Source: Octopus vulgaris (taxonomy: Eukaryota). Taken from it: a stretch of DNA of 64,000 bases. The notes under the pieces are model-generated. The model saw only the letters and a list, made by a program, of their open reading frames with translations, was not told the origin of the DNA and made no database searches. Position numbers and translations under genes: made by a program. Below, one piece after another: positions 26,801 through 40,699 of this stretch. Location of the stretch: NCBI GenBank assembly GCA_951406725.2, contig OX597836.1:47120001-47184000 (forward strand), given 5' to 3'. Positions within the stretch are counted from its first letter, which is position 1. Each line of letters begins with the position of its first letter.

Positions 26801-27024
26801 AGGTGTCTGGAGTGGCACTCCAACGACTGGCGGCACCAAACAAGAGAACTTGATGGTGATTACCAGGTGTTAGAATAATTCGTTTTGACATATTAGAGAC
26901 TAAAGTTTCTAAGCCGTTTAGAAAGCTCTTTCAATAAAGTGGATTCAATGAATAGGTATTCGAACTTTGCATTCCTTCGGGGTGTGAAGATTAATATACT
27001 GCTTAATATTAGTATATTGGACAT

Positions 27025-27423
27025 TTACTCTTTTACTCTCTTTTACTCTTTTGGCCATGCTGGAGCACCGCCTTTAGTCGAGCAAATCGACCCCGGGACT
27101 TATTCTTTGTAAGCCCAGTACTTATTCTATCGGTCTCTTTTTGCCGAACCGCTAAGTGACGGGGATGTAAACACACCAGCATCGGTTGTCAAGCAATGCT
27201 AGGGGGACAAACACACACACACAAACACACACACATACACATATATATGTACATATATACGACAGGTTTCTTTCAGTTTCCTTCTACCGAATTCACTCAC
27301 AAGGCATTGGTCGGCCCGGGGCTATAGCAGAAGACACTTGCCCAAGATGCCACGCAGTGGGACTGAACCCGGAACCATGTGGTTGGTTAGCAAGCTACTT
27401 ACCACACAGCCACTCCTGCGCCT
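27025..27423 (-). mobile_element. SINE family A
   Basis: Consensus match. Confidence 0.9.
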
Positions 27424-28274
27424 TTTCAAACATTTATATGTGTCCGCCTCATTTTCATTGAAGATAGAGAGGCTACAAAAACAGAATCATGACAGACAAT
27501 GTGAGGAGAAAGAGAGAGTGAGAGACAGAAACAGAGAAGGAAAACAAGAAAGAAGCGGCCAAAACAAACATAGATAAATATATAGACAGAAGTTTGTACA
27601 AAGAGGATGAAAACTAGCATTTTATAGCTGCTTTGAACTGAATTGGAACAACTCACCACAGGATTGGTTGACATTTATTAGTTTTGCATCGAGGATTATT
27701 TTTATAATTATATATATTAATATTTTCTTTTTGATCCTTTCGATCACTGAATAATTGATAAATATATTTACAGTCAGGGAAAAATATTTCCCGTATAATC
27801 AACTGGGGAGTATTGTAATAGGGAAAAAAAAAACACTTAATATAGATTCAATAATTTCATTAGGTTAAAATACTACGAGAGAGTTTTTGTTTTGTGTTTT
27901 GCGTATCGACTGCAAATGAATAATAAACATTCATAATGAGCTTTAATTCATTAAAATAATATCAACAGTAATTGCTGTCTTTTCTTGGATGGTATGTCAA
28001 CTTTGGAGAAGTTTTGATTTTTGAGATTGTCTTCCTTCTTTGTAGAGAACCAGTCTGGATTGCGATTTGGTAATTGCGACACACCATTTGGAGACAAAAA
28101 TAGTTTTAATAAAACAACAACTTATGTTATACTGCATTTGGTATATGCATACCTCAGGCACAATTAGTGGCACCTGGATTTTACCTTTTGGATTTTAGAT
28201 TGGTCAGAGCTGCCTTCGTAATTAAATACTTTTCCATTAGCATTTTGCTGAATCAGCCATAAGCTCATATGTCT

Positions 28275-28490
28275 TTACTTTTTTACTCTTTTACTTGTTG
28301 CGGTCGTTTGACTGTGGCCATGCTGGAGCACCGCCTTTAGTCGAGCAAATCGACCCCAGGACTTATTCTTTGTAAGCCTAGTACTTATTCTATCGGTCTC
28401 TTTCGCCGAACCGCTAAATTACGAGGACATAAATACACCAGCATCGGTTGTCAAGCGATGTTGGGGGGACAAACACAGACGCACAAACAT

Positions 28491-28556
<66 letters not shown>

Positions 28557-28720
28557 GACGGGCTTCTTTCAGTTTCCGTCTACCAAATCCACTCACAAGG
28601 CTTGGTTCGGCTCGAGATTATAGTAGAAGACACTTGCCCAAGGTGACACGCAGTGGGACTGAACCCGGAACCATGTGGTTGGTAAGTAAGCTACTTACAA
28701 CACAGCCACTCCTACGCCTA
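28275..28720 (-). mobile_element. SINE family A
   Basis: Consensus match. Confidence 0.9.
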
Positions 28721-28775
28721 TGGTAAATATATATAGGGACCATCAGAATTTAGCCAAACCATCCAGTGATGGAGA

Positions 28776-28828
28776 GGTCGCTACTGATGAGCTGTAATTT
28801 CAAGTGAAACTAGACGAGTATAGTGATC
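28776..28828 (+). ncRNA. Type I hammerhead ribozyme
   Basis: GGTCGCTA-CTGATGA(28784-28790)-GCT..AGT-GAAA(28806-28809)-CT agacg A-GTA(28818-28820)-TAGTGATC; 8-bp stem I with two G-U pairs. Confidence 0.7.
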
Positions 28829-29111
28829 CCGCTCGATGTGGAACAGTTATCTCGCCTGTCAGTATATGATAATGTGCTTTCTTGCGGCTCTAAGGGAGTT
28901 TTAACTCTTATTTCTAGCAATATAGGCGCTACCCTGCACCCTCAGTCGCAATTAGTGGCAACTGAATTTTTCCGTTTCAGTTTTATGTTGCTTATAGCTG
29001 CCTTCGTTATTATATGTGTATATGTGTGAGAGTGTGTATGTGTGTGTGTCCGAGTCCGTGTGTGTATGTATGTGTGTATGCATTTATGTATGTATATGTA
29101 AGAAATTGTGA

Positions 29112-29312
29112 TGACAAAGGAATAAATAACTATATTATGAACTTCATTAGCTTACAGCTGTTTCGGCTGTAAAGCTCAATGCACTCATAGTCTGAAGCAC
29201 CGATGAAGCTTATAGTGATATTCAAGCACTCAGCTATGAGTGCATTGCACCTTACATCCGAAACGGCTGTAAGCTAACGAAGTTCATAACGCAATCGTTT
29301 ATTCCTTTGTCA
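29112..29312. repeat. Diverged fold-back element (~80-bp arms)
   Basis: tgacaaaggaataaa..ttatgaacttcattagcttacagctgtttcgg..caatgcactcatag mirrored at ~29236-29312. Confidence 0.8.
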
Positions 29313-29430
29313 ATCCAATATGCTTATTATCACTCTGCACTCGACTAACCCTTTGTTCTGAAGCATGTGTATATTGAGTTCTAACACCAACTTATTAATA
29401 TCGTAATGCCTAAACGATATATATATATAT

Positions 29431-29715
29431 AATTGCAGCGTGGATGGTGTTTGTAAGCCATTTAAGAAACGCACAAAAACCGTTCGATTCACTTCAACAT
29501 TTAAGTTTAATTTGTCAAAATATTTTCGTCGCTAAAATCCGCGACCTGTTCACTGACAAAAATCTGTGCTGCATCTGAGAAACAGTTTGTCAGTGAACAG
29601 GTCGCGGATTTTAGCGACGAAAATATTTTGACAAATTAAACTTAAATGTTGAAGTGAATCAAACGGCTTTTGTGTGTTTCTTAAATGGCTTACAAACACC
29701 TTTCACGCTGCAATT
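29431..29715. repeat. Fold-back element with 130-bp arms beside (TA)n
   Basis: 29431-29560 is a near-perfect reverse complement of 29586-29715; 25-bp spacer. Confidence 0.9.
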
Positions 29716-29762
29716 GTTTTCGTTCCAGCACACGATCTCAGATCAAATCACTTGCTATGCGA

Positions 29763-30165
29763 GTAGGAGTGGCTGTGTGGTAAGTAGCTTGTCTACCAAC
29801 CACATAGTTGCGGGTTCAGTCCCACTACGTGGCACCTTGGGCAAGTGTCTTCTACTATAGCCTCGGGCCGACCAAAGCCTTGTGAGTGGATTTGGTAGAC
29901 GGAAACTGAAAGAAGCCCGTCGTATATATGTATATATATGTATGCGAGTGTGTATTTGTGTGTCTGTGTTTGTCCCCTAGCATTGCTTGACAACCGATGC
30001 TGGTGTGCTTATGTCCCCGTTACTTAGCGGTTCGGCAAAAGAGACCGATAGAATAAGTACTGGGCTTACAAAAGAATAAGTCCCGGGGTCGGTTTGCTCG
30101 ACTAAAGGCGGCGCTCCAGCATGGCTGCAGTCAAATGACTGAAACAAGTAAAAGAAAGAAAAGAA
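29763..30165 (+). mobile_element. SINE family A
   Basis: Consensus match. Confidence 0.9.
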
Positions 30166-30166
30166 A

Positions 30167-30219
<53 letters not shown>

Positions 30220-30303
30220 TATAGAGAGACAAGCAGACAGACAGACAGACAGACAGACAACAGACAGACAGACAGACAACAGACAGACAACAGACAGACA
30301 GAC

Positions 30304-30365
<62 letters not shown>

Positions 30366-30496
30366 GGCCGCTCTCTGGGATTGCATCGGGTTTCATGTCC
30401 ATAAATCGCTTTCCTTGACATCGTATCATTCGACCCTATACCTGTTGGCCTCCCTATATATAGAGAGAGAAAGGTTAAGATATAGAGGCCATACAT

Positions 30497-30950
<454 letters not shown>

Positions 30951-31780
30951 ACTCATTCATAATTAATTGCAAGTATGTTGGTGAAAGCCATTCTCAAAGT
31001 ATTCTTTACGTTGAATTCTAAGCAATACAACAATAGCAGAGAAGGAAAAACTACCAAAGAACGTTGAGAAGGCGAGTGATCGAATGTAAAATGGGAAAAC
31101 CTATTCTAATCTTCAAAATAACATGACTGATCTTCTCAAAGCTGCCCAATCCTATTCCTTTGAGATCAATACAGCAGTTGATAAGGTTCTTCTCACAGAT
31201 AGCTTGGAACACAGATTTTGTCTTCTTCATTGAAAAAGCTCGCCGTGAAACGAATGTGTCAGAATCCTGCTATCTTCCACACATTTAACATGGCGTAGCC
31301 ATCGTAATCGACTCTTACGCAGGATGGATACTAAATTATATCAGTTGCACGAGCTGCAACACATCAATGTTGCGAATTTTAATTTCGCATGACATGTTCA
31401 GAATTTTACAGAGGCTCAGTAACTGAAAAGAATTCAACCTTTTTTCGTGAATCTTATGTAATCCATGGATTCAGAAACATAATGCAATGTGCCGAGGATT
31501 TGTATTAATCACTTTGCTTTTCCATATTTTTTATATAAATTTTCCGTAAGTTGCTGCTGCCTTGACTCGCCTAACATTGCTTTCTTCCTTTGAAATAGCA
31601 GTGATGTCACAGTCCAGTCCAAATAGAAGATGTAAGCAATTGTCAACACCAGCAAGGAGCACTACTTTCCTGTGATAAGATATCTTCCAGGCGCTGATCA
31701 TTTGTGAAAGCACTTTGTATACCGAGGAAAGTTTGTCAATCATTCTTTACAGGTTAATCCACTATGACCAACTGACACAC

Positions 31781-32121
<341 letters not shown>

Positions 32122-32133
32122 TACATACATACA

Positions 32134-32506
32134 TGGCCCAGTGGTTAGGGCAGCGGACTCGCAGTCGTAGGATCGCGGTTTCGATTCCCAGACCGGGCGT
32201 TGTGTGTGTTTATTGAGAGAAAACACCTAAAGCTCCACGAGGCTCCGGCAGGGGATGGTGGTGATTCCTGCTGTACTCTTTCACCACAACTTTCTCTCAC
32301 TCTTACTTCCTGTTTCTGTTGTACCTGTATTTCAAAAGGGCCGGCCTTGTCACTCTCTGTGTCACGCTGAATATCCCCGAGAACTACGTTAAGGGTACAC
32401 GTGTCTGTGGAGTGCTCAACCACTTACACGTTAATTTCACGAGCAGGCTGTTCCGTTGATTGGATCAACCGGAACCTTCGTCGTCGTAACCGACGGTGTG
32501 CTTCCA
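32134..32506 (+). mobile_element. SINE head B with tail 2
   Basis: tggcccagtggttagggcagcggactcgc head; tail ttcaaaagggccggccttgtcac...cgtcgtcgtaaccgacgg. Confidence 0.85.
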
Positions 32507-32522
32507 CCACACACACACACAC

Positions 32523-32571
<49 letters not shown>

Positions 32572-32669
32572 TACATACATACACACATACATACATACAT
32601 ACATACATACACACACACACATACATACATACATACACACATACATACATACATACATACATACATACA

Positions 32670-32701
<32 letters not shown>

Positions 32702-33357
32702 AATGCACGTTTGTATGTGTGTGCGTGAATATATATTTGCATGCATAATGTATATACATAGTTATCCATATATATATAAACTCACTTTGGTATTTTTACT
32801 GAGTTTTTTCTTGGGAACATATTCTTCGTGGAAAATGGCGATTTTGACGTCTATATCTAGCATAAAGGCTGTCCACTTTTAGTGGTCAGTCCTCTAAATT
32901 TTGTATGTATATATATATATATATATTCATACACATATACATCTATACATAGATATACCCATACACTCACAGATATATACGTACATATACACACATATCT
33001 AGGCATATATGCGTCCATGCACACACACAAACACACACACATACATATATATATACACACACTCATTACATATCTATTATTGACAGACGAAATGTTAAGT
33101 TACAACCTTCCAATTTATTATTTTTTTTAATTCCTTAATTCTCTCCAATTTATTTGCTTCTCTTGTTTCGTCACCTTCTTCATTCCTTTAAGGCCAATCT
33201 GACAGCAAGTGTCTCTGCCACTAAAACAAGACACTATCTCTGTGACAACAGCTGTGCCACAGCTTCTCGACAAACACTATACTGTTGCTAAGCTCTGCTA
33301 AATCCTTTAGTTATTCCCTTCATAAACCGACTCCGTTTGAAATAAATTAAAAGATAA

Positions 33358-33786
33358 GGATCTTTTCGGTTTGTACGGCAGTTTTTTAAAATAATTTCCA
33401 CGTAACTAAACACTTTTAAACTTCGTATATTGGTATGTGTTCATAAAACACCTTATACTCTTGGCTTTATTGAGAAAATTCTATAGTTTGTAAGATATTT
33501 ATTGTTTTTTTCTTCAATTTCTGTAATTTCAACCAATCAATGACGTCTATTGAGGTGAAAACATTCTGTGCCGTATGAATATGTCCCTCGTTTAAGAAAC
33601 AGATTGGGTTTATTTACATTTGTGAAGAAAAAAAGATACCCTTTCCTCCACCCATAACCCTAACCCTAACTAACCCTAACCCTAAAACAGATTGAAATCC
33701 AATAGATCGATACTAGGGTCATAATTATGGATGACAATTTCATATAACACCGCTAGAAAAAAATACCGTTCAAACCGAAAAGATCC
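33358..33786. mobile_element. MITE copy 1 (GGATCTTTTCGGTTTG TIRs, internal CCCTAA repeats)
   Basis: ~29-bp TIRs; near-identical to 36806-37214 and 57271-57661; no TSD seen. Confidence 0.85.
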
Positions 33787-34188
33787 CGAGAGTCAATGAA
33801 CAAGAAATAAAAGAACACCAGCATATTTGTGTGGTTAAGGATTTGGCTTCGCAACCGCAGAGTTCCGGGTTCGATCTCATTACAGGACACTTTGGACATG
33901 TTTAGTATGCATAGGCTTAGATTTGGCTCATCCTTCCTTGCGAATAGAATTCGGTAAACTAAAATTACGAGGTAAAGAAATATGCAATCAATGCATTTGA
34001 AAGCTATTATGACCTGGTGGCTTCTGCACACTTTTGCTAACTGCTTTAGGGATCGGTGTGGTTGCGAGTTGATATAGACACCCTCAAGGACCTCCCTCCT
34101 TTGACCAAGAAGACCCTCGAAGATAATGACAAATGGAGGGAGAGATTGCTTATCCAGAAGCTGACGAGTGCACATTTTAAGCTGAGAA

Positions 34189-34730
34189 GTTTTTCACGTT
34201 TGAGAAAAATAAATCAAATCTTTTTCTGCTGGATTTTTCAGTTTGTTTAAGAGCCTTTTATGTCTGATGTAGTGATTTTCTTTTGCTTTTGCTGACAAAT
34301 TGACTTTTCTTCATCTTATATCTGATGTCTTCGTGGACAACATTTCTAACTGTTCCTTTTGGAGATATTTTGCAATTGACCTCATGGACTTTCTGGGATT
34401 GTAATCAATGGTCTGTTGAACTTGCTGGATAAATTCAAGTGTTCTGATTATTCCAGAGCGTTTAGAAGGCTTTTTAAGCTTTGATACTGGTGATACGCTT
34501 CCATCTTCAGTCTCTAGATCCTTGCAAACTTTGTAGACGAACGATTTGGCAACTTTTAAAACTCGAGATATTTCTAAACTAATATGCTCCGCCTTTATAA
34601 CCAGAATAACATTTCTTGAGTAAGCTGAGGGATTCCATTATTATTTTCTGAAACAAAAATTATACAGAGTTTGCAAAAAGTGCAGCAATGACCAAAAAAG
34701 GTATGGCCTCAAAATACCTTAGGCACCCTG
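34189..34730 (-). pseudogene. Tc1/mariner-superfamily (maT/DD37D-like) transposon 5' end and transposase relic
   Basis: TA|CAGGGTG terminus at 34730; frameshifted LEISRVLKVAKSFVYKV..IIRTLEFIQQVQQTIDYNPRKSMRSIAK..TVRNVVHEDIRYK..FFSNVKNF. Confidence 0.75.
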
Positions 34731-35089
34731 TATATGTATACATATATACATACACTTATCTAGAAGCTGACTAGTGCACATTTTAAGCTGAGAAAACTTG
34801 AGCAGCGTGAAATGGTATATCGTACTCGTGCATACAACAGTTCACCCTTTCCAGAAACCGAACTCATGACTCTATGATCGTGAGCCCCACACTCTAACTA
34901 CTGGGCCACGCACCTTCACACACACACACACATCACATCACATGCTTACCAGAAGACTAAAGAAGACTAAAGACTAAAGACTAAAGAAGACTAAAGAAGA
35001 GATGTTTTGTGAAGCAAGTTCCTTGTGCAGTTCTTTCCGTCCACGGTCAGTCTTTTGTCATCTCTTGTCATCACACAGTGGCAAACGCA

Positions 35090-35154
<65 letters not shown>

Positions 35155-35510
35155 TTGCAGCACGTTCACGCAATCCTGTCCTACTTCTCATCAGACAGTG
35201 CCTTTGTGCGACACAAGATAAAGAAACACTTGGTTCTGTGAGAAAAACAAAAGAATCTCTGCTTTTATTTCATTGTTTTCTTTTTTATAGATATTATTTT
35301 TTTTCTGTTGAAACTGACGTTGATAACATCGTGATAAGATTGTCGGAAAGGTGGAATCAACGGATGGATGGATCACAGAACGATGAACAATAAAATAGAA
35401 AAACTCATCAAATAAAGATTGCTTCAAATGTTCTTACATTGCAGCGCAGCAAAGAAAATCATTTTCAGACTGATAAAGGGATATAAAACAAATTGATGTG
35501 AATAGATAAT

Positions 35511-35828
<318 letters not shown>

Positions 35829-36159
35829 AATGAGTAAATGTTGTTGCTATTGTTGTTGGTGATAGTATTGGTTGTTTTTCCTACTAACATTTGTTGTGAC
35901 TAAGTTATTCGCGATCAGTTAGTAGTAAGACGGGGTGGATGCAATACGGAATTTTTCAGTTTTTCCGGATATTCCATTTCTCTTACCTAATAGGGGTGGA
36001 AAACATATCACGCGCTCGAAAGTGCAGTACTGCCCTGTATGAAGTATAGTGAGACTGTTTAGCCTGTTGCCTTCCTACATAACCACAACCTCTTATGGGG
36101 TTTCTCTCATGGTATCTACCGCAGTATAGTTTGTTCTAACAGAACATCCATGTTTATTG

Positions 36160-36460
36160 AAGGCGGCGAGCTGGCAGAATCGTTAGCACGCCGGACGAAA
36201 TGCCTAGCAGTATTACATCTGTCGCTACGTTCTGAGTTCAAATTCCGCCGAGGTCGCCTTTGCCTTTCATCCTTCCGGGGGCGATTAAATAAGTACCAGT
36301 TACGCACTGGGGTCGATGTAATCGTCTTAATCCGTTTGTCTGTCCTTGTTTGTCATCTCTGTGTTTAGCCCCTTGTGGGTAGTAAAGAAATAGTTATTTC
36401 GTCTGCTGTTACATTCTGAGTTCAAATTCCGCCGAGGTCGACTTTACCTTTCATCCTTTT
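36160..36460 (+). mobile_element. SINE family C, about 1.4 tandem units
   Basis: Head unit, then aaagaaata|gttatttc junction and a partial second unit. Confidence 0.85.
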
Positions 36461-36805
36461 TTTGATACAAGGTCGGAGGTGGACGGTCTTGGGAAATAGA
36501 TTTGTCAAAATCCCGTCTCACTACCGACACAGAATTATCAGGTGGAGGGGGAGTCTCCACCTTTTCCTTTTCGGCGTTCTAACGATTCTGCCAGCTCGCC
36601 GCCTTAGCATCGAACAATCATTTTATTGCTTGTTTGTATCAGTCAAATATGCTGTAAAATTAATTCTGCGTTATTTTATAACTCTCCACTGTCTTCTTCC
36701 TGTCCTGTGAATATGTTTTGGAGACGCAGTACGTAATTTCTAAAGCTTGTCTTCCTTGGTTGGTTATATTTGATACCCCTTTTGTATTACTCATACAAAG
36801 AAAGA

Positions 36806-37214
36806 GGATCTTTTCGGTTTGAACGGCAGTTTTTAACATAATTTCTAGGTAACTAAACACTTTTAAACTTCGTATACTGGTAGAATGTGTTTATAAAACA
36901 TCTTTTTCTCTTGGCTCTATTGAGAAAATTCTATACTTTGTTGTTTTTTCTTCAATTTCTGCAATTTCAACCAATCACTGACGTCCATTGAGGTAAACAA
37001 CATTCTGTGCCGCATGAATATGTCCCTCGTTTAAAAAACAGATTGGGTTTATTTACATTTGTGAAGAAAAAAGATACCCTTCCCCCCACCCCTAACCCTA
37101 ACCCTAACCCTAAAACAGATTGAAATGCAATAGATCGATACTAGGGTCATAATTATGGGTGACAATTTCATATGACACCGCTAGAAAAAACTGCCGGTCA
37201 AACCGAAAAGATCC
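36806..37214. mobile_element. MITE copy 2 with 8-bp TSD
   Basis: TIRs; aagaaaga at 36798-36805 and 37215-37222; (CCCTAA)4 at 37090-37113. Confidence 0.9.
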
Positions 37215-37699
37215 AAGAAAGAATACTGGTAGGTTGATCCAAGTTCGAGTAGACCGAAAATCAAGTGCAATCAACTCGTGACCATCCACAATGTTTCCTA
37301 TTAACAAGAAGCACTAAACCACGGTTGCTATTTTTAGCGGGTCTACCGATCACGTAGAGGGCCTGCTTTTGGTGGATGAATTAAAGTTGGGTTATTTCTG
37401 CTGCTATGATTGGGGATTAAGGTGTAGATGTCACTGCTGATACCTCTGCATGATGTAGTATATTTTATGTACGAATGCGCGAGTAATATCGGTATTCATT
37501 TTGAAGATTTTAATTCAAATGACTACAGTTATATTGGTATTCTACGTGCAATCTGAAGCCTGCAGAAAAGGTCATCATTTGCTATTAAGTGACTACGGTA
37601 TCCAATACCAGAACGGGTTTCAAAAATAAAGGTCATTCCACTATTCATCTTATATTCAAATTTCTAGACAAAGTAATTAATATTAAAGGTTCCTAAAGA

Positions 37700-38765
37700 C
37701 AGCGATCTGGCATAAGCGTTAACACCCCCAGACAAGATGCTTAGCAGTATTTCGTCCGTCTTTACGATCTGTGTTTAAATTCTGCCGAGGTCCACTTTGC
37801 CTTTCGTTTCTTTCGAGGTCGATTAAATAAGTACCAGTTGAGCACTGAGGTCACTGTCATCAACTTACCTCCTGCCCCAAAACTGATGACCTTTGAATCA
37901 AAATCTGAGACCAATATTAGTGGTTCCTGAAGGTGGTGAGCTAGTAGAATTGTTAACTCTGGCGAAATGCTTAGCGGATATTTCGTCTGCCGTTACGTAC
38001 TTAGGGCGGCGAGCTGGCAGAATCATTAGCACGCCGGGCAAAAGCTTAGCGGTATTTCATCTGCCATTACGTTCTGAGTTCAAATTTCGCCGAGGTTGAC
38101 TTTGTCTTTCATCCTTTCGGGGTCGATAAATTAAGTACCAGTTACGCACTGGGGTTGATGTAATCGACTTAATCCGTTTGTCTGTCCTTGTTTGTCCTCT
38201 CTGTGTTTAGCCCCTTGTATGCAATAAAGAAATAGGTATTTCGTCTGCTGTTACGTTCTGAGTTCAAATTCCGCCGAGGTTGACTTTGCCTTTCATCCTT
38301 TCGGGGTCGATAAATTAAGTACCAGTTACGCACTGGGGTTGATGTAATCGACTTAATCCGTTTGTCTGTCCTTGTTTGTCCACTCTGTGTTTAGCCCCTT
38401 GTATGCAATAAAGAAATAGGTATTTCGTCTGCTGTTACGTTCTGAGTTCAAATTCCGCCGAGGTCGACTTTGCCTTTCATCCTTTCGGGGTCGATTAAAT
38501 AAGTACCAGTTACGCACTGGGGTCGATATAATCGACTTAATCCGTTTGTCTGTCCTTGTTTGTCCCCTCTGCGTTTAGCCCCTTGTGGGTAGTAAAAAAA
38601 TAGGTATTTCGTCTGCCACTACATTCTGAGTTCAAATTCCGCCGAGGTCGACTTTGCCTTTCATCCTTTCGGGGTCGATTAGATAAGTACCAGTTACACA
38701 CTGGGGTCAATATAATCGATTTAATCCGTTTGTCTGTCCTTGATTGTCCTCTCTGTGTTTAGGCC
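37700..38765 (+). mobile_element. SINE family C cluster including a 4-unit tandem array (184-bp period, 38003-38765)
   Basis: ggtatttc recurs at 38051, 38235, 38419 and 38603. Confidence 0.9.
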
Positions 38766-39109
38766 ATTGTTACTGTAGTGAAATCATTCGCTGCTAACTC
38801 TGTATCTGCTTTCTCCTATGTAACATTTAACTCACTTATTTGTTATGTCTCATATATCAGAATGTGAGACTATTATTAGAATTCGGTGATTCATGGTATG
38901 TAAAGATCTTGGTAATTTTGTAAAAATAAATGGCTGATTCAGTAAAAAAAATATAAATGATCTAATAAATTTGATTTGTTAAAGTTCATAAATGATTAAA
39001 TAAGATAAATTATATTGCTGATTTAATCAATCATAAGTTTAGATGATTAAATAAATGATTAGAAAATTTTTAAACGGCTTCTTAGAAAAGGAATCGCTTA
39101 TATTGATTT

Positions 39110-39660
39110 CAAAATTTGACACAAGGCCACCAATTTCAGTGGAGCGGGCAAGTCAATTAAATCAGCCCCGTTGTTCAATTGGTACATATTCTATCGACGC
39201 CGAAATGATGAAAGGCAAAGTGGAGATCAGCAGAACTTGAACTCGGAACGCAATGACGGACGAAATGCCGCTAAGCATCTTGCCTGGTGAGCTAACGATT
39301 CTAAGGGGGATAAGTCGATTACATCGACCCCAGTGCGTAACTGGTACTTAATTTATCGATCTCGATGAAAGGCAGAGTCGACCTCGGCGGAATTTGGACT
39401 CAGAATGTAACAGCAGACGAAATACCTATTTCTTTACTGCCCACAAGGGGCTAAACACAGAGGGGACAAACAAGGACAGACAAACAGATTAAGTCAATTA
39501 TATCGACCCAGTGCGTAACTGGTACTTATTTAATCGATCCCGAAACGATGAAAGGCAAAGTCGACCTCGGCAGAATTTGAACTCAGAACGTGGCGGCAGA
39601 CGAAATACTTCTAAGCATTTCGCCCGGCGTGCTAACGTTTCTACCAGATCGCCACCTTTA
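39110..39660 (-). mobile_element. SINE family C dimer plus an older monomer
   Basis: Reverse complement of the array units; same junction at ~39420. Confidence 0.85.
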
Positions 39661-39689
39661 AAATTTGTAATTAATATTACAATAGAATA

Positions 39690-40085
39690 TAAAGTGGCAA
39701 GCTAGCAGAATCGTTAGCACGCCGGGCGAAATGCTTAGCGGTATTTCGCCCGTCGCTACGCTCTGAGTTCAAATTCTGCCGAGGTCGACTTTTCCTTTCA
39801 TCCTTTCGTGGTCGATAAATTAAGTACCAGTTACGCACTGGGATCGATATAATCGACTTAATCCGTCTTGTCTGTCCTTGTTTGTCTGTGTTTAGCTCCT
39901 TGTGGGTAGTAAAGAAATAGGCATTTCACCTGTCTTTATGTTCAGAGTTCAAATTCCACCGGGGTCAACTTTACCTTTCATCCTTTCGGAGTTGATAAAA
40001 TAAGTACTAGTTGAGCACTGAGGTCGAAGTAATCGAATTAAACCCTACCTCGAAACTGCTGGCCTTGTGCCAAAGTTTGAAATCA
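39690..40085 (+). mobile_element. SINE family C dimer (second unit has alternative tail)
   Basis: Junction at ~39920; ends ggccttgtgccaaagtttgaaatc. Confidence 0.85.
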
Positions 40086-40699
40086 GTATTACAACAGAAT
40101 AAAATTTATATTGGGTTAACAGCCCGATTTCATTCTATCAAAACTGTTTTGAACGGTAAAAGTTTAAATGTCTTCGGAAACTGCTATTTCTGTCAATATA
40201 CGTAATTCAATAATAGAGATGAAAATGGAATAGTGCATCACATTATTAAAGTGTACACATGGTCAGTCATAATCACATAGACGCATACACAAACATACAC
40301 ACACACTATATATATATAAAATATATATATACGCCCACACGGACGCGCCCACAAACATACTTCTAATTTGATTTGATCGGTTGTAGCTAACGCTCGTAAA
40401 TATTGCTCGTTTTCCATTACAAATTCTATGGCTCTTCAGAGACATGTTGAAATTTTAAATATGGTGAGCGGAAAAGATAGGTCATTTAAGGGGAGAAACT
40501 GGCAGTATCCGCTTGTGTTGGTTACGTCTGATCAAATTTACACTAATTTTTCACCTAAAAAAGATTAAGAATCAAGAAGACAACAAATAGCAGCACACGA
40601 TAGCGTGTGCAGTGAGAGCTAGCCGTGACCTTCACGTGGCACTGTGCCGAGTGACTTTGCAAGTTGTGAAATTTATGCATTTATAACAAGACGTATGAT

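Noticed and set aside
31000-31760. Complex sequence with a 70-aa minus-strand ORF
   Set aside because: No motif recognised; could be old transposon debris; needs BLASTx
37090-37113. (CCCTAA)n as a telomere or fusion scar
   Set aside because: Internal to a MITE and present at the same position in three copies
38003-38765. Regularly spaced repeats resembling a CRISPR array (also 42863-43105)
   Set aside because: Whole units repeat with no unique spacers, there are no cas genes, and the context is eukaryotic
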